IMG/VR virus record: IMGVR_UViG_3300010882_000012
From: a virus
Taxonomy: Duplodnaviria > Caudoviricetes
Strand: one strand, 5' to 3'
DNA: 64,000 nucleotides
Numbering within the stretch: position 1 is the stretch's first letter; the number at the start of each line of letters is the position of its first letter. The position numbers were made by a program, and so were the translations under genes. The notes under the pieces were generated by a model. The model was not told where the DNA came from. It ran no database searches and saw only the letters and a list, made by a program, of their open reading frames with translations. Below, piece by piece: positions 40,661-49,040 of the stretch.

Positions 40661-40920
40661 AAAAGAAAAGAGTCCTTAGATTACTCTAGGACTCTCTTCA
40701 CCACCCAAATTGCTATTTGATTCCCCAATAGGTTGCAACCCTCCCAAGATTTCGGCATAGGTTCTTGGTTGACCGTCTTCTAGGTTGCTGGCGGTAATAC
40801 GCTTTAAAAGCTTCCGCATCTTGCATTAACCTAATCGTGATTTTTCACCCCGACCACACTATTTGGTTGTTTTCAGCCCGGTTGTGAACCTCCTCGATTA
40901 CTCGTTCGAGTCGACAATAG
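40661..40920 (-). ncRNA. Candidate ~220-nt structured RNA (RNA-B) plus terminator, in the 3' region of 40924..41751
   Basis: GC-rich hairpins; shares GGTCRACCAAGAACCT...AATCTTGG with RNA-A; terminator ~40661-40698. Confidence 0.65.
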
Positions 40921-40923
40921 ATA

Positions 40924-41751
40924 TTAAAACATGTCTGCTTTTAAAATACGGATACGAACATCCGGATAAGGAACTCCAGTATAACGAGAATAAGCAGCTT
41001 TTGCTTGATTTTTTGTCATTACAGCATCATAATAACGCTCTTCCTCATCCGGGAATTTAACAGGATGTCCAAAACAAACATAATCTCCTTTTTCAGGATA
41101 TGTAATACCTGCATCCTTATCATCAGTATCATCAATATCATCTTCAAGACGATATTGAGAATTTGCAAGCGCGCAAGGTTCATCATCAACTGTTGAAAAA
41201 AGCTCTGGATGGAATTCTTCAAGTTCTTCTAACGTAATTTCACCATAATGGATATTGGCTAAGTACTTTTTCAAATTTTCGCGGGTACCGGTCAAATTTG
41301 CGGAGGTGTTTCCAGTTACTTCAATTTCCAAATTGTAGTTTTGCAACACCTCTAAGGCCTCATCAAGTTCTTCTTCATCACATACCCAATCAACATCAAC
41401 AATGAATTGGTCATTAAGTCCGTAAAGGTCTGTAACCATTGCATTTACGGCTTGGTCATGTGCATGATCTTCATCATTCATTGCATTCAAAATGGTAAGC
41501 GCACGGAGATCATCCATAGCTTGTGCATCACAAAGAGATTTGAAGTAAATCCGGTAGTCTCCATTGTGTCTCCAGTCTATAACACCCTCATTTTTGAGGT
41601 CTTGCATGAAAGTTGAAACAATTTGCTGCGTTGCCCAAAAATCGTTGGCGCGTAATTCGTTTTTAACTTCTAAAGTTGTGGTTTCTCCGTTCAATTCGAT
41701 TAGAGTTTGTGCAACCACTTGCACATCATTTTTTGTAGTTGTCTTTTTCAT
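40924..41751 (-). CDS. Acidic multidomain protein with winged-helix-like N terminus
   Basis: TTTLEVKNELRANDFWATQQIVSTFMQDL...YRIY; D/E-rich middle. Confidence 0.8.
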   Translation of the reverse strand: MKKTTTKNDVQVVAQTLIELNGETTTLEVKNELRANDFWATQQIVSTFMQDLKNEGVIDWRHNGDYRIYFKSLCDAQAMDDLRALTILNAMNDEDHAHDQAVNAMVTDLYGLNDQFIVDVDWVCDEEELDEALEVLQNYNLEIEVTGNTSANLTGTRENLKKYLANIHYGEITLEELEEFHPELFSTVDDEPCALANSQYRLEDDIDDTDDKDAGITYPEKGDYVCFGHPVKFPDEEERYYDAVMTKNQAKAAYSRYTGVPYPDVRIRILKADMF

Positions 41752-41797
41752 AGCTAACTTTTTAAATGGTTTTTAATTTTGGTTAATTATTTTGAGA

Positions 41798-42244
41798 TTA
41801 TCCAAGCGGACAACCTTCTTTTCTGTAACAAGGGAATGTAGGACATCCGCCAATCATTTTTTCAGGTTCACGACAATACGCATCTTGTGGAAGCAAAGTT
41901 ACACGATCATTGTGGAATCGGTAGTAATCCGGATTTCTCTTGATATTATCAAGGTCAAAATACCACATTTTTGCAGGATTTCCATCTGTTCCTATCCAAC
42001 CTTGAAAATCGGGGTGAATTTCAAAAATTTCAGTAGGGATGTAGTGCTTAAGCAACTCTTCATCCATAGAATCGGAATAACAATAAAGACCTTTTCTAAC
42101 AGGTCCTTCTGACTCAGTACCCGCGAAAGTTCTCATATTACTGCCCATTTCGATGTCTCGGTCTACGTCAATAAAGTAAAAACCGCCCTCACCATTATGG
42201 TGCTGAAAGAAGATGTCTAAAAATTTAATTTCAAGTGATGTCAT
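41798..42244 (-). CDS. Hypothetical protein
   Basis: First gene after promoter copy 10. Confidence 0.75.
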   Translation of the reverse strand: MTSLEIKFLDIFFQHHNGEGGFYFIDVDRDIEMGSNMRTFAGTESEGPVRKGLYCYSDSMDEELLKHYIPTEIFEIHPDFQGWIGTDGNPAKMWYFDLDNIKRNPDYYRFHNDRVTLLPQDAYCREPEKMIGGCPTFPCYRKEGCPLG

Positions 42245-42264
42245 GCTAATTGAATTTTGATACT

Positions 42265-42323
42265 GTAAAAATACTGCTTTTTTCTTTATAATGAGGCCCT
42301 AGATAGAAAAAGTTACTAACAAT
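42265..42323 (-). promoter_or_regulatory. Promoter motif copy 10
   Basis: 59-bp motif. Confidence 0.85.
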
Positions 42324-42541
42324 TTAACTATTATGGTAAAGAAACAAAAATAGTCCATGTGTTATCCTCTAAATAGAGAATTTTTTGTTCTACTTTCACA
42401 ATATTATTAATAGCCGGTATTTTCAAACCATCTCCTTTATTAAGATATAGTAAACCTTGATTGTTTGATGTTACTATTAATCCGTCAGAAAGTACAGATG
42501 CAACATTTTAATTGAAATATTGTGTTCCATATCAGTAAATT

Positions 42542-42805
42542 TTAATCGTTACGTTGAAAAACTATTGGAAATTCGTCAAAAACTCCGTCAATGAAGTAAT
42601 TATTGGTTAAATCGTAAATTCCTCTCGGAAAGTACCGTAAATCTGGTAATTCATTGTATTCGAATCCCCATTTATCATTGAAAATCTCAAACATACGACG
42701 TCTTGGATCTTCATCTGTTATTTTTACAAGGAGGTCAACATCAAAAGTTATATCATTGTGTCGATGTACGTGATGACCACAAAAACTAAAATAGGATGTT
42801 TTCAT
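42542..42805 (-). CDS. Hypothetical protein
   Basis: YFSF.GHH...RRRMFEIFNDKWGFEY. Confidence 0.7.
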   Translation of the reverse strand: MKTSYFSFCGHHVHRHNDITFDVDLLVKITDEDPRRRMFEIFNDKWGFEYNELPDLRYFPRGIYDLTNNYFIDGVFDEFPIVFQRND

Positions 42806-42810
42806 AATTC

Positions 42811-43179
42811 TTAAGATTGATGAGGTGAATTCACGTCTGCATTTTTCAAAAAGAGTTCCATAGCTTTCTTTTTACTGATATTGTCCGGAATTTTAAATCC
42901 GTTAGGACATGTAACACCTACAACATTAGCTCCTCTAAATCTTTCTTCTACTGATTTTTGGTTTTTCATTTGTTTTTCCATCTTTTTCATCCATCCGGAA
43001 GTTCCTTTACGAATAGCTTTTTGCATGGGGCTCATTTTACGATATTTTAACCATTTTGGTACGAAATTGGCTGCCAGATACATTACTATAATAATGATAC
43101 CAGCCCACATTTCGAAAATTGCAAAAATGATAATGGTCAAAACCGCTAAAATTGCAAGGATAATTGATAATCTGTTCAT
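42811..43179 (-). CDS. Membrane protein
   Basis: Two N-terminal hydrophobic segments. Confidence 0.7.
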   Translation of the reverse strand: MNRLSIILAILAVLTIIIFAIFEMWAGIIIIVMYLAANFVPKWLKYRKMSPMQKAIRKGTSGWMKKMEKQMKNQKSVEERFRGANVVGVTCPNGFKIPDNISKKKAMELFLKNADVNSPHQS

Positions 43180-43732
43180 GTTTTTAAATTTTGATTGGTT
43201 AATTTTTGATTAAAAGTAGGATACAAAAGCATTATGTTGGATATCTTCTGCTTCTAGTCTTTCCATTCTGCGTAAACCTGCATCTATCATACGATCTTTT
43301 TCTTGTTCATAAAGATGATCTGCAATATCAGCAAGGGCATCATTTGTCAGCTCTTCAAACTGACAATTTTCTTCATCTTGATTGCATCTGTCAGCAAATG
43401 GACAGTCAAAACAAGAATCGGGGGTGAAAATTTCATCCGGATCCATAATTAGTTGAATTTTTGATGTTTAACAATTTCTCTAAGTACCGGAATATCCTTG
43501 GTATAGACCGGAAGAACTGTTGCACAAGAGATTTGACGTTTTTCTATCTGAGCTTTTGCTTGCTCTTCATTAGGATACAAAGTTTCCAAATCTATCTTAC
43601 CTGATAGATGGTCTAAAATTGCATACCATTTTTGTCTACCGGATTTATCCGATTGTTTTTCGTTGATGTAAGTTAAAGCCATATGATTTTGATTATTTTT
43701 AATTACTTTTTTAAGGAACGGAATAGTAGTTT

Positions 43733-44119
43733 CTAATCCCTACCTTCTACCACTTCAAACTTGGTCTGAAAATTACCTTCATATGTGATGTTTACCAAGG
43801 TAGAATTCTCTATGCAATGGTTGTAGAGTTTACGTTTTTTTGACATTTGGATAGACTCAAAAAAATAGCGACCATCATTGATTCTAGTTACTACAAAAAT
43901 TTCCCCATTATGGTTGTGCACAAAAAAGTGTCCTCTAGCACCCTTTAAATTAACAACTCGATTTCCATCGAGGTCAATACGGAAATAATAATTAGACGGA
44001 ACTTGTGGTTCTATTGCTTTAAGAGATCCACAAAATTGTACAAAACCTCCTCCATCTTTATTTGGTCTTCCTTGAATTTCAGTGAACATAGCACCTTGTG
44101 CGATAAAGGTCTTTTTCAT
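43733..44119 (-). CDS. Hypothetical protein
   Basis: 128-aa packed ORF. Confidence 0.7.
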   Translation of the reverse strand: MKKTFIAQGAMFTEIQGRPNKDGGGFVQFCGSLKAIEPQVPSNYYFRIDLDGNRVVNLKGARGHFFVHNHNGEIFVVTRINDGRYFFESIQMSKKRKLYNHCIENSTLVNITYEGNFQTKFEVVEGRD

Positions 44120-44130
44120 AGTTTTAAATT

Positions 44131-44505
44131 TTAAAGTGAGTCTAACTTAGTTTGTGATTTGATTCCACCCGATTTGGTTACACTTGTATCATATGTTACT
44201 TTCACACCTAAAAACGGAACAGCATACACTATACGAATGATGTTCTGGTTACGTGGTGCTTTTACAAATTCCATATCAAGAAGTTCGATAGCATACTCAT
44301 CACCCTTAGGCATTTCGAGTTTACGGAAGTTTGTGCTGATTTTAAATTTTTTAAATTTCCAAGATTCCTCAAGGTCAGGAGTGGAGCTATAAGTAAGTTC
44401 CATCCACGTGTTGGCTAATCTCCACTCTAATTGATTGTGAACTGCTTTCTCTATCTTCGAGAAGATGGGATTTCCCCATATTGCATTTAATTGTCCTGTT
44501 GTCAT
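44131..44505 (-). CDS. Hypothetical protein
   Basis: First gene after promoter copy 11. Confidence 0.7.
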   Translation of the reverse strand: MTTGQLNAIWGNPIFSKIEKAVHNQLEWRLANTWMELTYSSTPDLEESWKFKKFKISTNFRKLEMPKGDEYAIELLDMEFVKAPRNQNIIRIVYAVPFLGVKVTYDTSVTKSGGIKSQTKLDSL

Positions 44506-44536
44506 ATCTGATAAATTTGAATTTTGATTTGATAGT

Positions 44537-44595
44537 GTAAAAATACAGAAAAAATCAATACGATGAGGTCCTAGATAGAAAAAGTTACTAACAAT
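44537..44595 (-). promoter_or_regulatory. Promoter motif copy 11
   Basis: 59-bp motif. Confidence 0.85.
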
Positions 44596-44604
44596 CTGTT
44601 TAAA

Positions 44605-44797
44605 ATTAAAACATCCTCAGTCAAGAGGATGTTTAAACATCCTCAGTCAAGAAGATGAGTAGGCATTAATTGGATATTGTTAAAGTGACCGACAAGCGTG
44701 AGTATTAAACATCCTTTAGGATTTCCATTAAGTTTGTGAAAATTTCAAAACACTAAACCTTGTAACCGTCTCAATCCACCGGTAAGCCCATACTACC
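44605..44797 (-). ncRNA. Candidate rod-shaped ~190-nt ncRNA (RNA-C)
   Basis: Lies between two terminator-like hairpins, no ORF of note; nested complementary blocks 44658-44664/44786-44794, 44671-44679/44772-44778, 44687-44696/44759-44770. Confidence 0.45.
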
Positions 44798-44861
44798 GTC
44801 AAAATACGTTGAAATTATTACTATACTAGTATGCGAAGGTTACAAAAAGTTTCAGTTTTTT

Positions 44862-44890
44862 AAAAAGAAAAAGCTCTCATTTAAGAGAGC
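44862..44890 (-). terminator. Intrinsic terminator
   Basis: GCTCTC-6nt-GAGAGC + T-run. Confidence 0.75.
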
Positions 44891-44949
44891 CATACTTTTG
44901 CAACCAGTGGTGCTAAATCATTATTTCTGTGAACTTAGTGCAAAAGCTA

Positions 44950-45303
44950 TTAGTATGTTGCAAAAATTACTTCTGCATCAATGAGTACCAAATTGGTACC
45001 TGTGCATTGTTTTGCCATTTTTACCATTTCATTTTCAAACTTATCCCATATTTTACTTGAAACACCGTCTCTTAAAAGAGGAAATCCCCAAGTGTATACT
45101 TCTCTTCCTTCTCTATTATTAATGAGAATTTGTCCTGAATCTGTATCTCCATCATCTGCATCTCTTCCTAATTCTTTTGATGATACATTAAGTTGGTATG
45201 CTACTGAAATAGCTCCTATGTTTGGATTGTCAAAAATTCCAAGTGTAAAACCTTCACTGTCCATAACAGATGGAAAATTGCTTAGATTAACTTTCTTTGT
45301 CAT
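44950..45303 (-). CDS. Hypothetical protein
   Basis: 117-aa ORF. Confidence 0.7.
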   Translation of the reverse strand: MTKKVNLSNFPSVMDSEGFTLGIFDNPNIGAISVAYQLNVSSKELGRDADDGDTDSGQILINNREGREVYTWGFPLLRDGVSSKIWDKFENEMVKMAKQCTGTNLVLIDAEVIFATY

Positions 45304-45338
45304 ATAATATACTCTTTTTTACTATCTATTCCAGAATT

Positions 45339-45728
45339 TTAATCAATTATTCCTTCGTCATTCAAATCATTAAGTAGTAAACCAAGATATTGGTCTCCTA
45401 CTTTAAAATCATTAAGATTAGCTAATCCATATGCTTTGTACGTATGATCTATGAACCAAACATTACATTCAAAAATTGCCAATAATTCAAGTTCAGAAAT
45501 TTTATCTGCATGTGTATTACCGATATAGTTGATAGACAATTTTTTCTCTTTTGCATACTTCTTAATTGTATTGGCCTCTGAAATTGAACGATCTTGAATT
45601 ATCATAGGAGATAATGGTTGCATAGTTCCGCTATAAGGCCACGGCAAACCTTGCATTAAATGATCAACAATGGCTTTGTCTCCTATTGTATCATCTACTT
45701 CTAATTTGACTAAAATTGTTCTTTTCAT
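45339..45728 (-). CDS. Hypothetical protein
   Basis: 129-aa ORF. Confidence 0.7.
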   Translation of the reverse strand: MKRTILVKLEVDDTIGDKAIVDHLMQGLPWPYSGTMQPLSPMIIQDRSISEANTIKKYAKEKKLSINYIGNTHADKISELELLAIFECNVWFIDHTYKAYGLANLNDFKVGDQYLGLLLNDLNDEGIID

Positions 45729-45738
45729 GTTGGTATTA

Positions 45739-46242
45739 TTAACATTGATTTAAAATTTCTTCTTTTACTTGTTCAAATCTCTCCCATATTCTCTCCGCGT
45801 ACCAAGTATGCTTATTGTGCAATCGGATTGCCTTATTAAGGTCCTTTTCTGGATTTCTGTGGTTTTGTACTATATCAAACATTTCTCTTGATTTCGTGAT
45901 ATCAAAAGCATCTTCATGTTTGTACTTCTCTTTTCCTAAGATTCGATTCACTTCCTTAACATAGATAGGTGTGATTTGAATTATTCCCCAATCTTTGTCC
46001 TTTCCTTTTAGTTTAGGATCATTTGCATAGTCCTTTTCTTGTTCATTAACACCCAAAATGGTTTTAGTCTCTACCCAACAAATGGTCTCATAAAGTAGCT
46101 CCCATTCTTGTTCTTTTGTGAGTTCTTTTTGCATAACTATTACCTCCTCGACGACAGGCTCTTCTTGATGAGGTTCTTCTATAGAAGAAATCAGTAATCC
46201 GGTAAAAACTGCTATTATTACATGATTGATGATATTTTTCAT
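45739..46242 (-). CDS. Lysozyme-fold / lytic transglycosylase-like protein with N-terminal anchor
   Basis: ICWVET (candidate catalytic Glu), WGIIQIT (G-x-x-Q), KAIRLHN. Confidence 0.7.
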   Translation of the reverse strand: MKNIINHVIIAVFTGLLISSIEEPHQEEPVVEEVIVMQKELTKEQEWELLYETICWVETKTILGVNEQEKDYANDPKLKGKDKDWGIIQITPIYVKEVNRILGKEKYKHEDAFDITKSREMFDIVQNHRNPEKDLNKAIRLHNKHTWYAERIWERFEQVKEEILNQC

Positions 46243-46261
46243 TACTTGAATTTTTGATACT

Positions 46262-46320
46262 GTAAAAATACGAAAAATAGGGACACAAAAGTCCCTATGT
46301 AGTCAAAAGTTACTAACAAT
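46262..46320 (-). promoter_or_regulatory. Promoter motif copy 12 with terminator hairpin inside the spacer
   Basis: ATAGGGAC-ttttgt-GTCCCTAT + TTTT at 46273-46298. Confidence 0.8.
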
Positions 46321-46327
46321 TTGAGTA

Positions 46328-46984
46328 TTAAGCTTTTCTATCTTCGGAGATTCTGTTGAGATAAAAGCTAATCATTTCATAGACAGGTTGAAGTTCTTTC
46401 GGAATATCACCCTTTGTATGCTCTCTATCTACTAAGAGACGTAAAGCCTCTAAATGATAATTGATGAGGTTGAGACAATCATAGGATTGTTGCCCACGCG
46501 TAAACATGCTGGTAAGATGTGCCATTTCTTGATATTGACCAAGTTCATCTATGATTTCAGCATAACGTGCATCTCCGGTTTTGTTTGAAAACGGATTTTC
46601 ATGTCTCCACTCATCAAGCTTCTTTTTAGCTTTTTCGATTTCAGGCGTAACATCAGAACCGGGTGAACCTGATTTATCAGTAACTAAGATAATCTCCGGT
46701 TGTTTAGGATCCGGTTTAATTAAACGGCATTCGTAATAATGATTTGCACACAAATTCCAATGGATAAGTCCATCTTCTGTTTGCCAACATCCACCCGATT
46801 GATAGCGAAATGATTGATCGTTAAAGTGTGATAAATCAGCTTTGTGCCAATCTGATCTTTGGTAATCTACACTTGCATCAAAAGCATAATCATCGGTGTA
46901 GATTCCATTGCATCTGATTTCAATATTACCGACATGGATTTGCTTTTTCAGCCAATCTCTTCTAATTGTTTTGATTTTTGTCAT
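46328..46984 (-). CDS. Hypothetical protein
   Basis: KTIRRDWL...YTDDYAFDA. Confidence 0.75.
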   Translation of the reverse strand: MTKIKTIRRDWLKKQIHVGNIEIRCNGIYTDDYAFDASVDYQRSDWHKADLSHFNDQSFRYQSGGCWQTEDGLIHWNLCANHYYECRLIKPDPKQPEIILVTDKSGSPGSDVTPEIEKAKKKLDEWRHENPFSNKTGDARYAEIIDELGQYQEMAHLTSMFTRGQQSYDCLNLINYHLEALRLLVDREHTKGDIPKELQPVYEMISFYLNRISEDRKA

Positions 46985-47002
46985 GATATTTTGAATTTTT
47001 GA

Positions 47003-47353
47003 TTAGTCTTCTACGATTTGAAAATTTTCATCTTCTAAAATTCCAAGGTTAATAGCCTCAGCTTTTGAAAGTAAGGTGCATATCATAATACCTTTAGACC
47101 ATTCTGTAGTACCATAAAATTTGCAACCTTTACAACCGCCTTCACCACAATCTTCCGGACAATCGGTATGTTCTGAAGAGTAAAAGTCTTCAAACGCTAA
47201 TAGCCTATGATTTCCATCCGGCTCATTTAAAATTAAGTAATCTTCTTGTACTTCGAGTACAATACCCTCATAGACCTTACCATTAGGAAGATTGTTTGAT
47301 CCTCTCATGATGATTTTGATCCGGTCCTTAGGTTCAATTGGTACATTTTGCAT
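47003..47353 (-). CDS. Hypothetical Cys-containing protein (start corrected to MQNVP)
   Basis: ATG follows the promoter leader. Confidence 0.7.
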   Translation of the reverse strand: MQNVPIEPKDRIKIIMRGSNNLPNGKVYEGIVLEVQEDYLILNEPDGNHRLLAFEDFYSSEHTDCPEDCGEGGCKGCKFYGTTEWSKGIMICTLLSKAEAINLGILEDENFQIVED

Positions 47354-47378
47354 AATATTGAATTTTGATTTTGATATT

Positions 47379-47456
47379 GTAAAAATACAGCTTTTATCCT
47401 TACGAAAGTGCATGAATCGGAAAAAGTTACTAACAATCATATGCTAGTAACCTTTT
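47379..47456 (-). promoter_or_regulatory. Promoter motif copy 13 fused to terminator hairpin
   Basis: AAAAGGTTACTAGC-atatgatt-GTTAGTAACTTTTT. Confidence 0.85.
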
Positions 47457-47476
47457 CACTATCAAATCAAAATTCT

Positions 47477-47785
47477 TTAATCGTAAATTTCTTGGCACAT
47501 GGATTTCCATGTTTCTTCTTCTATTTCAGTAGAGTTGTTAAAATTAAGGTATGCAAAATTTCCATTTCTGGTATAGAACTTGCAACCAAACTTTTCAAAT
47601 TCTCTTTCTATTAAACAGTCTCTATCTGAAAGTGATAAATTCGGCGATTGTTTAGAGATGAGATTATGCGCTAATCTAAGTGCTGCTGCATCCGTTTCTA
47701 TTTCTGGTGTAGTCTCATCAAATCCTACTCTATGATAAAGTTTGAAAAAGACGGCTTCTGCTATTTGTTGATTTGAAACTTTCAT
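47477..47785 (-). CDS. Hypothetical protein
   Basis: 102-aa ORF. Confidence 0.7.
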   Translation of the reverse strand: MKVSNQQIAEAVFFKLYHRVGFDETTPEIETDAAALRLAHNLISKQSPNLSLSDRDCLIEREFEKFGCKFYTRNGNFAYLNFNNSTEIEEETWKSMCQEIYD

Positions 47786-47797
47786 GATGATAAAATT

Positions 47798-48229
47798 TTA
47801 AAGATTTTCGTAACCGCTTGCATAAGTAATTCCGAGTACTTTACTATGAAGATCTTGTTCGATTTTGCGGCTAGCATGAAGAACTTCCATTAATTCATCA
47901 TATTCCGGTTGTAATCCGTCTTGAATCATTTGGTAGCTATAGTTAATAGTACCGTCTGACATGATATCAAAAGCATAAGAACTTTGTGTATCTTGCTCAT
48001 TCCGAAATTGTGTACCGAAATCAAAAGATTTGCGCACTTTGTAACCAGATGGAGGATTGCTTGCCGGCATTCCTTTGTATTGTAAAAGACCTTTTTTCCA
48101 AAGATTTTTGATTTGGAGACAAAAGTCAAAAAATTGCAAACTATTAACAGCTCCTAAATAGTTCTTTCCATGGAAAAGATGAACTGCCTGATGTGTGAGA
48201 TGTTGATTGATTTTTGGTTTTACTGACAT
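47798..48229 (-). CDS. Hypothetical protein
   Basis: 143-aa ORF; related to 29933..30181. Confidence 0.7.
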   Translation of the reverse strand: MSVKPKINQHLTHQAVHLFHGKNYLGAVNSLQFFDFCLQIKNLWKKGLLQYKGMPASNPPSGYKVRKSFDFGTQFRNEQDTQSSYAFDIMSDGTINYSYQMIQDGLQPEYDELMEVLHASRKIEQDLHSKVLGITYASGYENL

Positions 48230-48240
48230 GATATTGAATT

Positions 48241-48570
48241 TTAATTAATTTCTACTATTTTCCAAACATTGCGATTACCAAGAAAACTCTTAAGAGAAAT
48301 TTGGTCGACTGCCATATACTCATGGATATAACCCGCTTTATCTTGTACCCAATAACAATTAAGAACGTCTGAAAAGTCAAACTTCCATCCGAGCAATGGA
48401 ATAGCTGTTTTAAAATAGGAGTTGGTATTAACTCCTTCAGTAATAAAACGGGCATCTTCTCTTGAAAGATCTTCTCCGTTGTTTACTTTTTCCATGATAG
48501 CATACACTTTTGAGTTTTGAACGGCTGTAATATTATTTGCTGTTTCTGAGAATTTGGTTATATTTTGCAT
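48241..48570 (-). CDS. Hypothetical protein
   Basis: 109-aa ORF. Confidence 0.7.
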   Translation of the reverse strand: MQNITKFSETANNITAVQNSKVYAIMEKVNNGEDLSREDARFITEGVNTNSYFKTAIPLLGWKFDFSDVLNCYWVQDKAGYIHEYMAVDQISLKSFLGNRNVWKIVEIN

Positions 48571-48637
48571 GTTCGTTATTATTAAACGGTTTGAAATTTT
48601 GAACGAATTGAATTGATGTTGTTTGTGATTTTGAACG

Positions 48638-48889
48638 TTACAGTAATTCTAAGAAATTAGCATTACCCCAACCGTCTGCTCTTCTAATCCAAGCATTGTG
48701 GCTGGTAAATTCTTGATCTCCCCAATAAATGGTCCGATCTAAGTTAACTTTAACATTAATAGTATGGATATCTTTGGTCACCTCTGCTATAGTACCTTCT
48801 TCCATTTGTCCGAAAGTCATAGTTTTGCATTTTCTACCGATGAGGTCATTACGGAGGATTCCATTAGGTGCTAATTCTTGTACTGTCAT
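48638..48889 (-). CDS. Hypothetical protein (start corrected to MTVQE)
   Basis: ATG follows the promoter leader. Confidence 0.7.
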   Translation of the reverse strand: MTVQELAPNGILRNDLIGRKCKTMTFGQMEEGTIAEVTKDIHTINVKVNLDRTIYWGDQEFTSHNAWIRRADGWGNANFLELL

Positions 48890-48914
48890 GATGTTTGAAT
48901 TTTGATTTGATATC

Positions 48915-48993
48915 GTAAAAATACAGCTTTTATCCTTACGATAAGATTTAAAAAGAAAAAAGTTACTAACAATTTGCATGCTAGTAACCTTTT
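48915..48993 (-). promoter_or_regulatory. Promoter motif copy 14 fused to terminator of the NAD operon
   Basis: AAAAGGTTACTAGC-atgcaaatt-GTTAGTAACTTTTTT. Confidence 0.85.
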
Positions 48994-49040
48994 CCACAAT
49001 CAAAAATTCAAAAAAGTTCTCTATTCAAGAGAATTTATTA

